From: a virus
Reading direction: 5' to 3' (one strand)
IMG/VR virus record: IMGVR_UViG_3300037451_000035
Location: 10,497-74,496 of that record
DNA: 64,000 nt
The position numbers and the translations under genes were made by a program. How positions within the stretch are numbered: the stretch's first letter is position 1; every line of letters begins with the position of its first letter. Of this stretch, positions 47,304 to 55,474 are shown piece by piece. A model generated the notes under the pieces. It saw nothing but the letters and a program-made list of their open reading frames with translations. It searched no databases and was not told the origin of the DNA.

Positions 47304-48323
47304 TTATTGATATTGCATCGATACGACGGTGAGCGCCTGCGAGCGCGGCACCCAGCCCGACGTGATTCGCATTTCCTGTAGGAAGTCGGTTGCGCCGCCA
47401 GCGAGCGGGGAAATGATCTCGCGCGGCGCGGCCATGTCGCCGTATTGCGTGATGCACGTCCGCTGCGCCGGCGTGACCGAGGCGAAGATGTTGGTGTTGA
47501 TCGTCTCGCCGGCCGGCTTCTGGACTTCCGGCATGGCGATGATCACCGCGTCGGTGCCGCCCGCGCCCTTGCCGATCAGCGTATCGTCGTAGGCCCAGAC
47601 CAGCGAATCGCCGTTCGCCATCAAGATTTCCTTGGTGGTGCCGGCGGTCGAAGTCGTGCCCGCGCCCGCGCGCTGGAATTGGACAAGCTGGACGACGTTG
47701 TACTCGAAGGTGCCGAGCGTGCGCTGCGGGCCCAGGATCGTGAAATCGCGCGCGAGGCCAAGCTGGTTCGTCCTCGTCTTGATCTGCATGATCTGATTCG
47801 CGAGGAAGAACGCCATTTGTCCGTTGTCGTAGGTGACGACGGTGGTGTTGCCGAAGGTGTCCGGCGGCAGATTGATCGCGGTGGCGCCCGGCGCGTTCAG
47901 CAAGCCCTCGCCGTTCTGCGGATTGAATCCGTTCAGATTGGCGTCGCGGATAAGCTGGAAATGTGCCTGCCGGCAACCGAGTCGGTAGGCTTCCGGCACC
48001 GCCAGCCCCCAGCGCGAGCCGGCCGCTACGTCGTGATGGTCCCATTCCGCGCGGACGCGCTGGAGATAGGTCGGAGTCGAGAACATCGTCGCCTGGATAT
48101 CGACGCCGGGCAATTCGTTCGCCGCCGATTGGCCCGCCGCCATCTTGGTGCGCAGATTGAGCGCCTTGGCATAGACGACCAGATCGTCCTCGGCGAGCCG
48201 GATGCGAAGCGCTCGATCGGCGAGCGTCTCCAAAAACCCCGAAGCCTGGGAGTATTGAACGTAGAACTCCGGCTCGATGAAGGACGGATTCAGTGTGATA
48301 TAAGCGTGCGCCTGGAGTGACAC
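47304..48323 (-). CDS. Major capsid protein
   Basis: 339 aa after protease and decoration genes; GEGLLNAPGA. Confidence 0.85.
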   Translation of the reverse strand: MSLQAHAYITLNPSFIEPEFYVQYSQASGFLETLADRALRIRLAEDDLVVYAKALNLRTKMAAGQSAANELPGVDIQATMFSTPTYLQRVRAEWDHHDVAAGSRWGLAVPEAYRLGCRQAHFQLIRDANLNGFNPQNGEGLLNAPGATAINLPPDTFGNTTVVTYDNGQMAFFLANQIMQIKTRTNQLGLARDFTILGPQRTLGTFEYNVVQLVQFQRAGAGTTSTAGTTKEILMANGDSLVWAYDDTLIGKGAGGTDAVIIAMPEVQKPAGETINTNIFASVTPAQRTCITQYGDMAAPREIISPLAGGATDFLQEMRITSGWVPRSQALTVVSMQYQ

Positions 48324-48370
48324 TTGTTATGCTCCTGATATTGCAGATATTTCCCGCGTATTTAGCTGCC

Positions 48371-49246
48371 CTATATCTGCAGGACCGCAGCCGCGCCGTT
48401 ATAGGCCCAAGTTGCGAAGCCAGTCACCGGATCATAGACGACGGTCTCGCAATTCGTGGATTGAACGTCGAGCACCTTGCACGGCAAGGCTTGGCTGGCC
48501 GCGCCGCCGACCGTGGCGCTGCCGCCGGTGATCGTCGAGGCGCCGACGCCGACCGGGCCTTGGAGCGTGACGCCGGTGCCGCTCGCGGTGAGCGCCGTCC
48601 AAGTGCCGTCGAGCGACGCAAATGCGCCAGTGCCGGTCAGCGCGGCGAGCGTGACCGAATCGCCTGGGCTGAAGGTGACAGGCGCCGACATGACCAGCGT
48701 AATCACGCCGGTGGTGTTGTTGTAGGTGCCCGAGGAAACCGTCAGCGTGCCGAGGAACGGCACGAGAAGCTGATTGGTGAAATCCCACGACACTTGCGCG
48801 CCGATGGGGCCTTGCCGGAGCGAGACCAGCGACGGGTCGGCCTCGACCACGATGCGCGCCAGCGAGCCCAGCGGATAGACGTTGACCATGCCGTAGGAGC
48901 CGATCAGCGGCACCGGCGATTGCGGGCTGGTGATCATGGCGTAGTCCTGGTCGAAGACCGAGAAGCCAGCGAGAGCCGATGCGCCGGTCAGCGCCAAGGC
49001 GCGGCCGCAAACCGGCCCGAGGCTATAGTTCGGATTGCCGCTGCCACCGGGCACGTTCATAAAGACGCCGACGCCGCCCCACATGGGCAAGGTCTCGGTC
49101 GAGGCCAGCGTGCAGCCGCGGAGCCGGAAGCGGGTCGATGGATCGGGAAAAGCTGTGCCTTGCCGAAGGCCGTCAGCGCTGACATTGAACAGCCCGGCAT
49201 TGCCCGCCGAAGTCTTGTATGGATTGAACGTGACGGTCGCTACCAT
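48371..49246 (-). CDS. Capsid decoration/cement protein with inserted domain
   Basis: Lies between protease and MCP; ETLPMWGGV, SPQSPVP, LGSLARIVV. Confidence 0.7.
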   Translation of the reverse strand: MVATVTFNPYKTSAGNAGLFNVSADGLRQGTAFPDPSTRFRLRGCTLASTETLPMWGGVGVFMNVPGGSGNPNYSLGPVCGRALALTGASALAGFSVFDQDYAMITSPQSPVPLIGSYGMVNVYPLGSLARIVVEADPSLVSLRQGPIGAQVSWDFTNQLLVPFLGTLTVSSGTYNNTTGVITLVMSAPVTFSPGDSVTLAALTGTGAFASLDGTWTALTASGTGVTLQGPVGVGASTITGGSATVGGAASQALPCKVLDVQSTNCETVVYDPVTGFATWAYNGAAAVLQI

Positions 49247-49308
49247 TTGGCTTCGCTCCTAAAAAGTCGTCGGTTTTTCCCTGTTTCAGACCGCCAGCAC
49301 CCGTCCGC

Positions 49309-51243
49309 TTATCGTCGGGTATTGCGCACGCTGGAATCGTCGAAGCGCCCGCTCGCATATTGCCGGGTCGGCCCGGCGAACGGATACATCCAGACGCGCG
49401 AATCGCCGCGATATTCGATAACCGTGTGGCCCGATTCCCCACGCCGTCTGATAGGAAGCAACTCACCATTCGGCGCGGTCGATGGACTTAGGGCATCCTT
49501 GCGCGCGTCTTCGAAAACCTGATCGCGCACTTCGCCGAACGAGGCATCGTCGGCAAATGCCGATGAGACGTCCTTGTCTTTCCAGCGCGGCGAATGGGAT
49601 TTGAGATCGCGAACAATGCGTCGCTCGTAGATTTGGACGGTATCTCCGGCTTGCGGCCGGGGAGCGTATTTCCCAAACAGCGAATAGATTTCGTCGGCTC
49701 GCGCCTGCGAATCCTGTAGCGCGTGGAAGTCGGGATCGCCGAGGCTCTTCGGAATCAGGCCCTCCAGCCGCTTGATCTCATCGCGGAGCGAAGCGGAATC
49801 CTTTTTGGCCTTGTCCTCGCGCTCCTTGCGCTCTTTTTCTTCCTTTTCCTCCGCGTCTTTTTTGGCCTTGTCGGCCGCGGCCTTTTCGGCCTCTTCCTTC
49901 TCCTTAGCGGATTTTTCGTCCGCGTCCTTCTTGGCCGCGTCGTCCCGCTCCTTGTCCTTGCCCTCGACCGCGTCGAGGCGCTTGCCGAACGCGTCCAGCT
50001 TGGTATGCGCGGAATCGACATGCGAGAGGATTTTGTCGAGCTTCTCGCCAACGCTGGCGTCGCCGGCATCCTTCTTCGCCGCGGCGTCATTCTCGGCTTT
50101 TTCCTTGTCCTCAGCATCCTTCTTGGCCTTGGCGTCGGCGGCGGCCTTTTCCTCGGCGTCTTTCTTCGCCTTCGCGTCGGCTGCGGCTTTCTCTTCAGCT
50201 TCAGTCATTGAATCCTCTCTCGATTCGCTTCGGATGCCAGCGGGCTCGCCGCCCTTGTCCCAGACGCCCAACTCGCAAATGGCAATGTGGTCGACGAGGC
50301 TCGGATCGCCTTCGAACAGAACCACTTTGCCATCGTCAAGGGTGATTTTCGTATTGACGGAGAAGTTCGCGAAGTTCACCCCAGGCGATGTTGAAAGCCC
50401 CTCCTTCGCCATCAGGTCCGCGACTTCGTCAATCCAGATTTTGACGATCGCCCAGACCTCATCGCCGGCAACATACGGCAAAAAGACCGTTCCTACAATA
50501 CGCTTAGAAAATTCCTCCGCATTTAGGATCGGCGCCTCTTTCGGGTGCTTGAAGATGACGGGCAGGCCGTTGCAGCGGGCGAGAAATTCCGAGTTTAAAT
50601 AAAGCGTAGGATCCCGGTGCACGAACTCTTCGTGCTTGGGCCGATAGGCGACGTTGGTGCCGGTGATGCGAATCGCGAAAAGCCAAATGTTCTCGTACTT
50701 TTGCGGGCTGGTCAGCCGGCCGTCAGCAATGGCGCGGGCGACCCCCAATTCGTTCATGTCGAGGCGGTCGAGAGCAATCCGGCACCCGGGGTGCAATGGC
50801 TCCGGCGGTGAGTCGATCGGCGCCCAGGCATAGCCATCGTGCTCGGAATTGAGGTCCGGGATAAATTCGTTCGTCACCCGCTGGATGAAGGTCGTGTAAT
50901 CGACATCCGGCATGACGGCCGGCACCAGCGTGGGCGCGGCTTCAGCGGGCGTGGGCGGGACCGGCGAAACAGGGCGTAACTCCGGCCCCGCCGACCCAAC
51001 CCCGACGCCATAGGACGACGGGGAAGCCGTGCGAGTGTGAATGAAGCGCTTGCCTTCGGGCAGGAACCCGATCTCTTCGCGGGTCTCGCGAATGGCGGTA
51101 ATCTCGGCTGTCTCGGTGGCGCCCTCCTGGGCGCCACCGGGAAAATCCCACGCACCAGGAAAATCGGGCGCGCTCTCCGTGCGGCGCAGGAATAGCGCGT
51201 TGCCGTTATTCGAGACGAACAAGATGCCTGCGGCCTTGCTCAT
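49309..51243 (-). CDS. NUDIX + DUF2213 prohead protease/scaffold fusion
   Basis: Nudix box GGAQEGATETAEITAIRETREEIG; RITGT, HP, LSTSP, VDHIAICELGVWDKGG; K/D/A/E-rich scaffold. Confidence 0.85.
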   Translation of the reverse strand: MSKAAGILFVSNNGNALFLRRTESAPDFPGAWDFPGGAQEGATETAEITAIRETREEIGFLPEGKRFIHTRTASPSSYGVGVGSAGPELRPVSPVPPTPAEAAPTLVPAVMPDVDYTTFIQRVTNEFIPDLNSEHDGYAWAPIDSPPEPLHPGCRIALDRLDMNELGVARAIADGRLTSPQKYENIWLFAIRITGTNVAYRPKHEEFVHRDPTLYLNSEFLARCNGLPVIFKHPKEAPILNAEEFSKRIVGTVFLPYVAGDEVWAIVKIWIDEVADLMAKEGLSTSPGVNFANFSVNTKITLDDGKVVLFEGDPSLVDHIAICELGVWDKGGEPAGIRSESREDSMTEAEEKAAADAKAKKDAEEKAAADAKAKKDAEDKEKAENDAAAKKDAGDASVGEKLDKILSHVDSAHTKLDAFGKRLDAVEGKDKERDDAAKKDADEKSAKEKEEAEKAAADKAKKDAEEKEEKERKEREDKAKKDSASLRDEIKRLEGLIPKSLGDPDFHALQDSQARADEIYSLFGKYAPRPQAGDTVQIYERRIVRDLKSHSPRWKDKDVSSAFADDASFGEVRDQVFEDARKDALSPSTAPNGELLPIRRRGESGHTVIEYRGDSRVWMYPFAGPTRQYASGRFDDSSVRNTRR

Positions 51244-51686
51244 CTAGCCGCGGCTTTCGAGTATTCCGCAGCGCGCTCGGCTCGGTTTTCAAGGTTTTCC
51301 GCTGCGTCGCACAATGCGTCCAGCTTGGCGCCAACAACGGAACGCTCATCGTCTCGCACATTCTCGGCGGCTCTTACGGTCGCCGATTTGCCAGCGGCTC
51401 GCAATTCCCGAGCAAGCTTATTCGCTTCGTCGATATTGGAGAAATGGCGGTGCTTCTTGTCGTATAGCAAAACCCAATACCCAGCGCTCGCGTCGCCACG
51501 CTCGAGCGCCGCGCAAGTCTCCAGAATATCCTCGTCGGTGAAAGCGTCCATCCAATTCGCGGTGTCGATGCCGGTGATCGTCCCTTTGTTTTTGCTGGCA
51601 TAGAGGACTTGCTTAGCCTTTTCGGGCCCGTAGGTCTTTTCCATTCCGGCGAGGATTTCGCGTCCCTTCGACGTGAGCGGCATCAT
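51240..51686 (-). CDS. Conserved phage head-region protein
   Basis: MPLTSKG.EI...M.KTYG.EKAKQV.YASKNKGTITG. Confidence 0.65.
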   Translation of the reverse strand: MMPLTSKGREILAGMEKTYGPEKAKQVLYASKNKGTITGIDTANWMDAFTDEDILETCAALERGDASAGYWVLLYDKKHRHFSNIDEANKLARELRAAGKSATVRAAENVRDDERSVVGAKLDALCDAAENLENRAERAAEYSKAAAR

Positions 51687-51976
51687 TGCACCCGATTGGC
51701 TCGCACGGCTTCGATGAAGATGCTCTCGCTGGCGCCCAGGCGCTCGGCGATTTCGGTGTCATGCTCTTGGCTGATCGTCCAGATGCCGTCCGCATCCCGG
51801 GTCACAGTGCACTTGCCGCCGATATTGGGATTGATCGGGAAATAGAACGCGCAATCGAGATCGTCGTCGCCACGCATTGAGGCGCCGGGCGCGAAGCCGG
51901 CCTTGCGCAATCGCTTGCGGAGCGCGGCCCCGATCAGGTCTTGAAGCTCGCGGTCGCCGATCTGGAACGTGCGCAT
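51683..51976 (-). CDS. Hypothetical protein
   Basis: GGAGG RBS then MRTFQIGDREL. Confidence 0.55.
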   Translation of the reverse strand: MRTFQIGDRELQDLIGAALRKRLRKAGFAPGASMRGDDDLDCAFYFPINPNIGGKCTVTRDADGIWTISQEHDTEIAERLGASESIFIEAVRANRVQ

Positions 51977-52064
51977 CCCCGCCTCCGAGTGTGTGCTATA
52001 CCACGGCGGAACCTTGCTCGTCAGCCGGAGTTTTAGAGGCAGGGCCACAATGGCGGAGGAAGCC

Positions 52065-52313
52065 ATGTGCTTTTCATTGGCATGGGTCGAGCAGCTTTGC
52101 ATCTACCTGATTTTCGTGATCGGTATCATCGCCATTATCCGCCTGCTGGTGCCGTGGGCGCTCGCGCAATTGGGCGGTGGAGGCGGAATTATCGCCGGCA
52201 TCATCAATATCGTCTTGTGGATGGTCGTCGCGATCTTCGTCGTCTATCTGGTCTTTGCGCTGCTCGCTTGCGTGGTCGGGGGCGGCGGCCTGCCGCTCTT
52301 CCCGCATCACTAA
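52065..52313 (+). CDS. Two-TM membrane protein inserted against the operon direction
   Basis: GGAGGA RBS; two long hydrophobic helices. Confidence 0.7.
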   Translation: MCFSLAWVEQLCIYLIFVIGIIAIIRLLVPWALAQLGGGGGIIAGIINIVLWMVVAIFVVYLVFALLACVVGGGGLPLFPHH

Positions 52314-52585
52314 TCCGGCAAGTGCATCGAGCAAAACCAGAACGATTCGTCCCGAATCGAAGCGCTTCCTTGCATCGAGCCAAGCACCATTTCGCGCACC
52401 GCTGGCGCACCGCATACGCAACACCGATAGATCAGCCGCCGCGGGCGCGGCGCATTGTCATTGGCGATCTCGGGGAGCCACCAGACCTTCCGATAGCCTT
52501 TGTGGAATTGCACGCCGGCGCCATAGGTCAGCGAGCCCAGCGGCAAATCGCAAATCGTGCGTGTCTCGACGCCGATCAAGTGCAT
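52310..52585 (-). CDS. Hypothetical protein (Cys/His motif)
   Basis: CCVCG...FCSMH. Confidence 0.45.
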   Translation of the reverse strand: MHLIGVETRTICDLPLGSLTYGAGVQFHKGYRKVWWLPEIANDNAPRPRRLIYRCCVCGAPAVREMVLGSMQGSASIRDESFWFCSMHLPD

Positions 52586-52587
52586 CG

Positions 52588-54705
52588 TTAAGCCTCTTCC
52601 AATTGCGCCCGCAACCGCGCCAGCCGCATCGCCATTGCCTGATAGCCGACGGCCGGGCGGGGAATTTCCTCGAGCGCGTCGGCGCGCGCGGCCTCGAAGC
52701 GCTCGCAATGGCCGGCGCGCTGAATAGGCCCAATCACCAGCGTGCACGCGTGGCCGCCCGGCGCATTGGCGTCGGTGCGCACAAACATCGAACACTTCTG
52801 GCATTGGGTGGAGAGATCGCCCCAGAACTCGACGTATTCGACTTCGCCTTTGGACATGGTGGCGGCATCCTTTCGCGCGCTGTCCGCCCGGCCTTTGCGC
52901 GCGGCGCGGACCTCTTCCATTCCTTGCACTGAGGCCAGCGCCTTCTTGCCTTTCGCCGTCAGCATGTCCTCGGGCAAGTCTCTCAAATTGTATTTGTAGA
53001 TGTAATAGCAGTTGTGGGATAGGATGCCGTCAGCGACGTACCACCCTTCCTCAGTTTCGAGATTATAGACATGCCCCGCAAAAAAATTCCGCTGAATGTC
53101 TACGACCTTGCCGAATCGTACCGTAGCGGCGTCGATGCCATGGTGCTTGCAGAGCAATTCCAAATTTCCGACGCTACTATTCGTAGGCGTCTTCGAGAGG
53201 CGGGAGTCGCAATCCGCAACAAATCCGAAGCCAAGATCAATCTCGGCGACACGGTTGATCTTCCCGATGGCGAGATCATCGCGGCTTATCTCAGCGGAAC
53301 TAGTCCTGATGTTCTCGCTGCCGATTACGGCACTTGCGCAGACACCATTCGACGTCGCGTAGAGCGAGCCGGAGTGACATTGCGCGACGGTTCGGCAGCT
53401 CAACGACTTCGCATTCTCAACGAGACCACAGATATCAAAGTTGCGAGAGCAAAACGCATGAGCGCTCTCCATCGCGGCAAGCCAAAGTCGGACGCTATGC
53501 TTGAAAAGCGTGCGCGCGGCAGAACGAGCAAACTCGGCATTGGCGAAATGGAATTGGCGACGGCGCTTCAGGCCGCAGGAATGGCGCCCGACCCGCAACG
53601 TCCGGTCGGTCGATACAATATCGACATCGCTATTGGCGACACCGTCGCCGTGGAATTGTTCACCGGTTCCGACAGCAGCACTAGAACGCCCCGTCTGCTG
53701 AAGAAATTCAAATATCTGCGCGATCTCGGGTATTGCGTCATTTTCATTCAGATGAGCAGACGACTGGACAATCTCGTTAGCACTCTCGACCAAGTCATCG
53801 CCCACATTCAACGCATTGGCGGCGATCCAGCCTTGCACCGCAAGTATTGGGTGATTCGGTGTCAATCTGAGAGATTTACCCGAGGCCGTCGTAATCTGAA
53901 GAAGAACCCCGTGGTACGGCCGCCGATATATTCGACGCACGTTAGCGAATGGAATTTTCGTTGACCCCGGTACGCACCGGCAAAATGGTTCGACCGCAGG
54001 AGCGGTGATGTCGTCGACATAGCCGGGACGCCCAGGCTTCACCAAGCCCGCGCGGTGCGCCCATGAGTCGCGTATCAGATAAATCTTCTCGTCGCGATCT
54101 TTATGGTCGGGTCGGTAATCGTATCCGGGCTGTCGCCAATGACTCCGCCACATACCAGCAATTGCCCCGCCGTCGGATGCGATCACATCGTTGATCGAAG
54201 CAACAAGCTTTGCGCCTTGGTCAATTAAGACCCTGCGTTCTTCGAACGGCAATTGCGCCAGCCCCTTGCGCACGGTCTTGCGAACCTCGGCTTTCGTCTC
54301 CGCCGAAACGCCGCCCGGCGGGACCGACGTGGCCCAGCCCTGGAACCGGCGGAGCGTCGAGTCGATCGCTTCGGCCCGATTGAGCCGAATCAGATTGGAC
54401 GAGGCCATGATGCGGCGGTCGAGTTCGGGGCGGAGCGCCGGCTTCAGCCGCTCGAAGGTAAAGCGCTCGATGCCGGGGTTGAATTTCAAGAGGCCGTTGT
54501 TCTCGACCATCTTGCGATAGATCGAGGCCAGCCCTTCGCGCAGCCGTTCCTCCAGCGACTCGGGGGCGACCAGCGAGCGCTCGGCGGCAATGCGGATCAG
54601 GCGGGCCCACTTTTCGACGCGATCGATGCTGTCAAAGCCGTGCTCGGTCAGATCGTCGACCGCGGCGGAAAGCACGGAATAGAAATCGTCGCCGCTCTTC
54701 GGCAT
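52588..54705 (-). CDS. Head morphogenesis protein (Mu gpF/SPP1 gp7-like) with intein and C-terminal HiPIP-like domain
   Basis: Follows the portal; WRSHW...R.DH..RD, P.VEPFCR|C(YY) motif split by the intein. Confidence 0.88.
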   Translation of the reverse strand: MPKSGDDFYSVLSAAVDDLTEHGFDSIDRVEKWARLIRIAAERSLVAPESLEERLREGLASIYRKMVENNGLLKFNPGIERFTFERLKPALRPELDRRIMASSNLIRLNRAEAIDSTLRRFQGWATSVPPGGVSAETKAEVRKTVRKGLAQLPFEERRVLIDQGAKLVASINDVIASDGGAIAGMWRSHWRQPGYDYRPDHKDRDEKIYLIRDSWAHRAGLVKPGRPGYVDDITAPAVEPFCRCVPGSTKIPFANVRRIYRRPYHGVLLQITTASGKSLRLTPNHPILAVQGWIAANALNVGDDLVESANEIVQSSAHLNENDAIPEIAQIFEFLQQTGRSSAAVGTGEQFHGDGVANSDVDIVSTDRTLRVGRHSCGLKRRRQFHFANAEFARSAARTLFKHSVRLWLAAMESAHAFCSRNFDICGLVENAKSLSCRTVAQCHSGSLYATSNGVCASAVIGSENIRTSSAEISRDDLAIGKINRVAEIDLGFGFVADCDSRLSKTPTNSSVGNLELLCKHHGIDAATVRFGKVVDIQRNFFAGHVYNLETEEGWYVADGILSHNCYYIYKYNLRDLPEDMLTAKGKKALASVQGMEEVRAARKGRADSARKDAATMSKGEVEYVEFWGDLSTQCQKCSMFVRTDANAPGGHACTLVIGPIQRAGHCERFEAARADALEEIPRPAVGYQAMAMRLARLRAQLEEA
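53011..53976 (-). mobile_element. Intein (322 aa)
   Basis: Begins CVPGST; block B LTPNHPIL; block F HVYNLETE; ends SHN followed by Cys+1. Confidence 0.92.
53071..53964 (+). CDS. Tandem-HTH + Vsr/DUF559-like endonuclease encoded antisense within the intein
   Basis: Two HTH repeats (Y.SG....LA..F..S..TIRRRL..AGV..R); GEMELA.AL...G...Q.PVGRYNIDIAI...VAVEL...LRDLGYCVIFI. Confidence 0.8.
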   Translation: MPRKKIPLNVYDLAESYRSGVDAMVLAEQFQISDATIRRRLREAGVAIRNKSEAKINLGDTVDLPDGEIIAAYLSGTSPDVLAADYGTCADTIRRRVERAGVTLRDGSAAQRLRILNETTDIKVARAKRMSALHRGKPKSDAMLEKRARGRTSKLGIGEMELATALQAAGMAPDPQRPVGRYNIDIAIGDTVAVELFTGSDSSTRTPRLLKKFKYLRDLGYCVIFIQMSRRLDNLVSTLDQVIAHIQRIGGDPALHRKYWVIRCQSERFTRGRRNLKKNPVVRPPIYSTHVSEWNFR

Positions 54706-54709
54706 GGGA

Positions 54710-54925
54710 TCAACGATCCTTGGTGACGTATCGCCGCGAGATTTTCGGCGTCAGATGGACGTTGAAATCGGTCTCGATGTCCAAGCCGAAGTTGCGAGCG
54801 TCGGCAATTGCGCGCCCGAGTGCCCGCCATGCCTTGCTGACATTGCTCACATGATCGGCGTCGGTCTTATTGGCCTTTGGTACCTTCGATTTAGGAAAGC
54901 TGACGACTTTCGTGTCTTCGGCCAT
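54710..54925 (-). CDS. Hypothetical protein
   Basis: GGAGG RBS. Confidence 0.55.
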   Translation of the reverse strand: MAEDTKVVSFPKSKVPKANKTDADHVSNVSKAWRALGRAIADARNFGLDIETDFNVHLTPKISRRYVTKDR

Positions 54926-54928
54926 ATC

Positions 54929-55348
54929 TCAATCCTCCGTCTTGCCGATATGCCGGCGGAGCCGCTTGCGCTGGCGCTTGCGCTCCGGCGGCGCTGGGTC
55001 AGCGTATCGCTCGATGCGGATTACCGGAAGCACGATTATGAGGGCGGATTCCTCTTGGCGCACCGCCAGCCGATAGCGCGGCTCGTGGTCCGAGAATCGG
55101 ATGACGTCAGCCATTTTCGCTGACGGCGGGCTGCGCGCGGACTTCGGCGATTTCGGAGCGAGCAGGCCTTGCACGAATTTCCTCGGCGCGTCGCCGTTGA
55201 ACTCGGTCAGCCTCTTGCGGTGAAAATCGAAGGCTTGCGGCTGAGCCGGCTGGAGATAGCCGGTGCCGGGCGCGAAGAGTTCTGGCGCGGTGCTGGATTG
55301 GATGGTACAGCCTTGGCGGAGATCGCGCTTCAATTGGCGGTGATTCAT
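54929..55348 (-). CDS. Hypothetical protein (start uncertain, possibly 55114)
   Basis: ORF between portal and gpF. Confidence 0.35.
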   Translation of the reverse strand: MNHRQLKRDLRQGCTIQSSTAPELFAPGTGYLQPAQPQAFDFHRKRLTEFNGDAPRKFVQGLLAPKSPKSARSPPSAKMADVIRFSDHEPRYRLAVRQEESALIIVLPVIRIERYADPAPPERKRQRKRLRRHIGKTED

Positions 55349-55474
55349 GGTTGCGCCCGAATATCTGTCATCAGTCGGCTAGAGCTTCTGCCCAGCGCGG
55401 CTCGCCTGACGTAAGATAGTTGCGGAGTGCGTAGCAATCGCCGCGCCGGACAATAGGGGCAATTTTACCGGCTA

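Noticed and set aside
49790-50205. Repetitive sequence (KKDAEEKAAADAKA)
   Set aside because: Low-complexity charged scaffold region within the DUF2213 gene, not a DNA repeat element.
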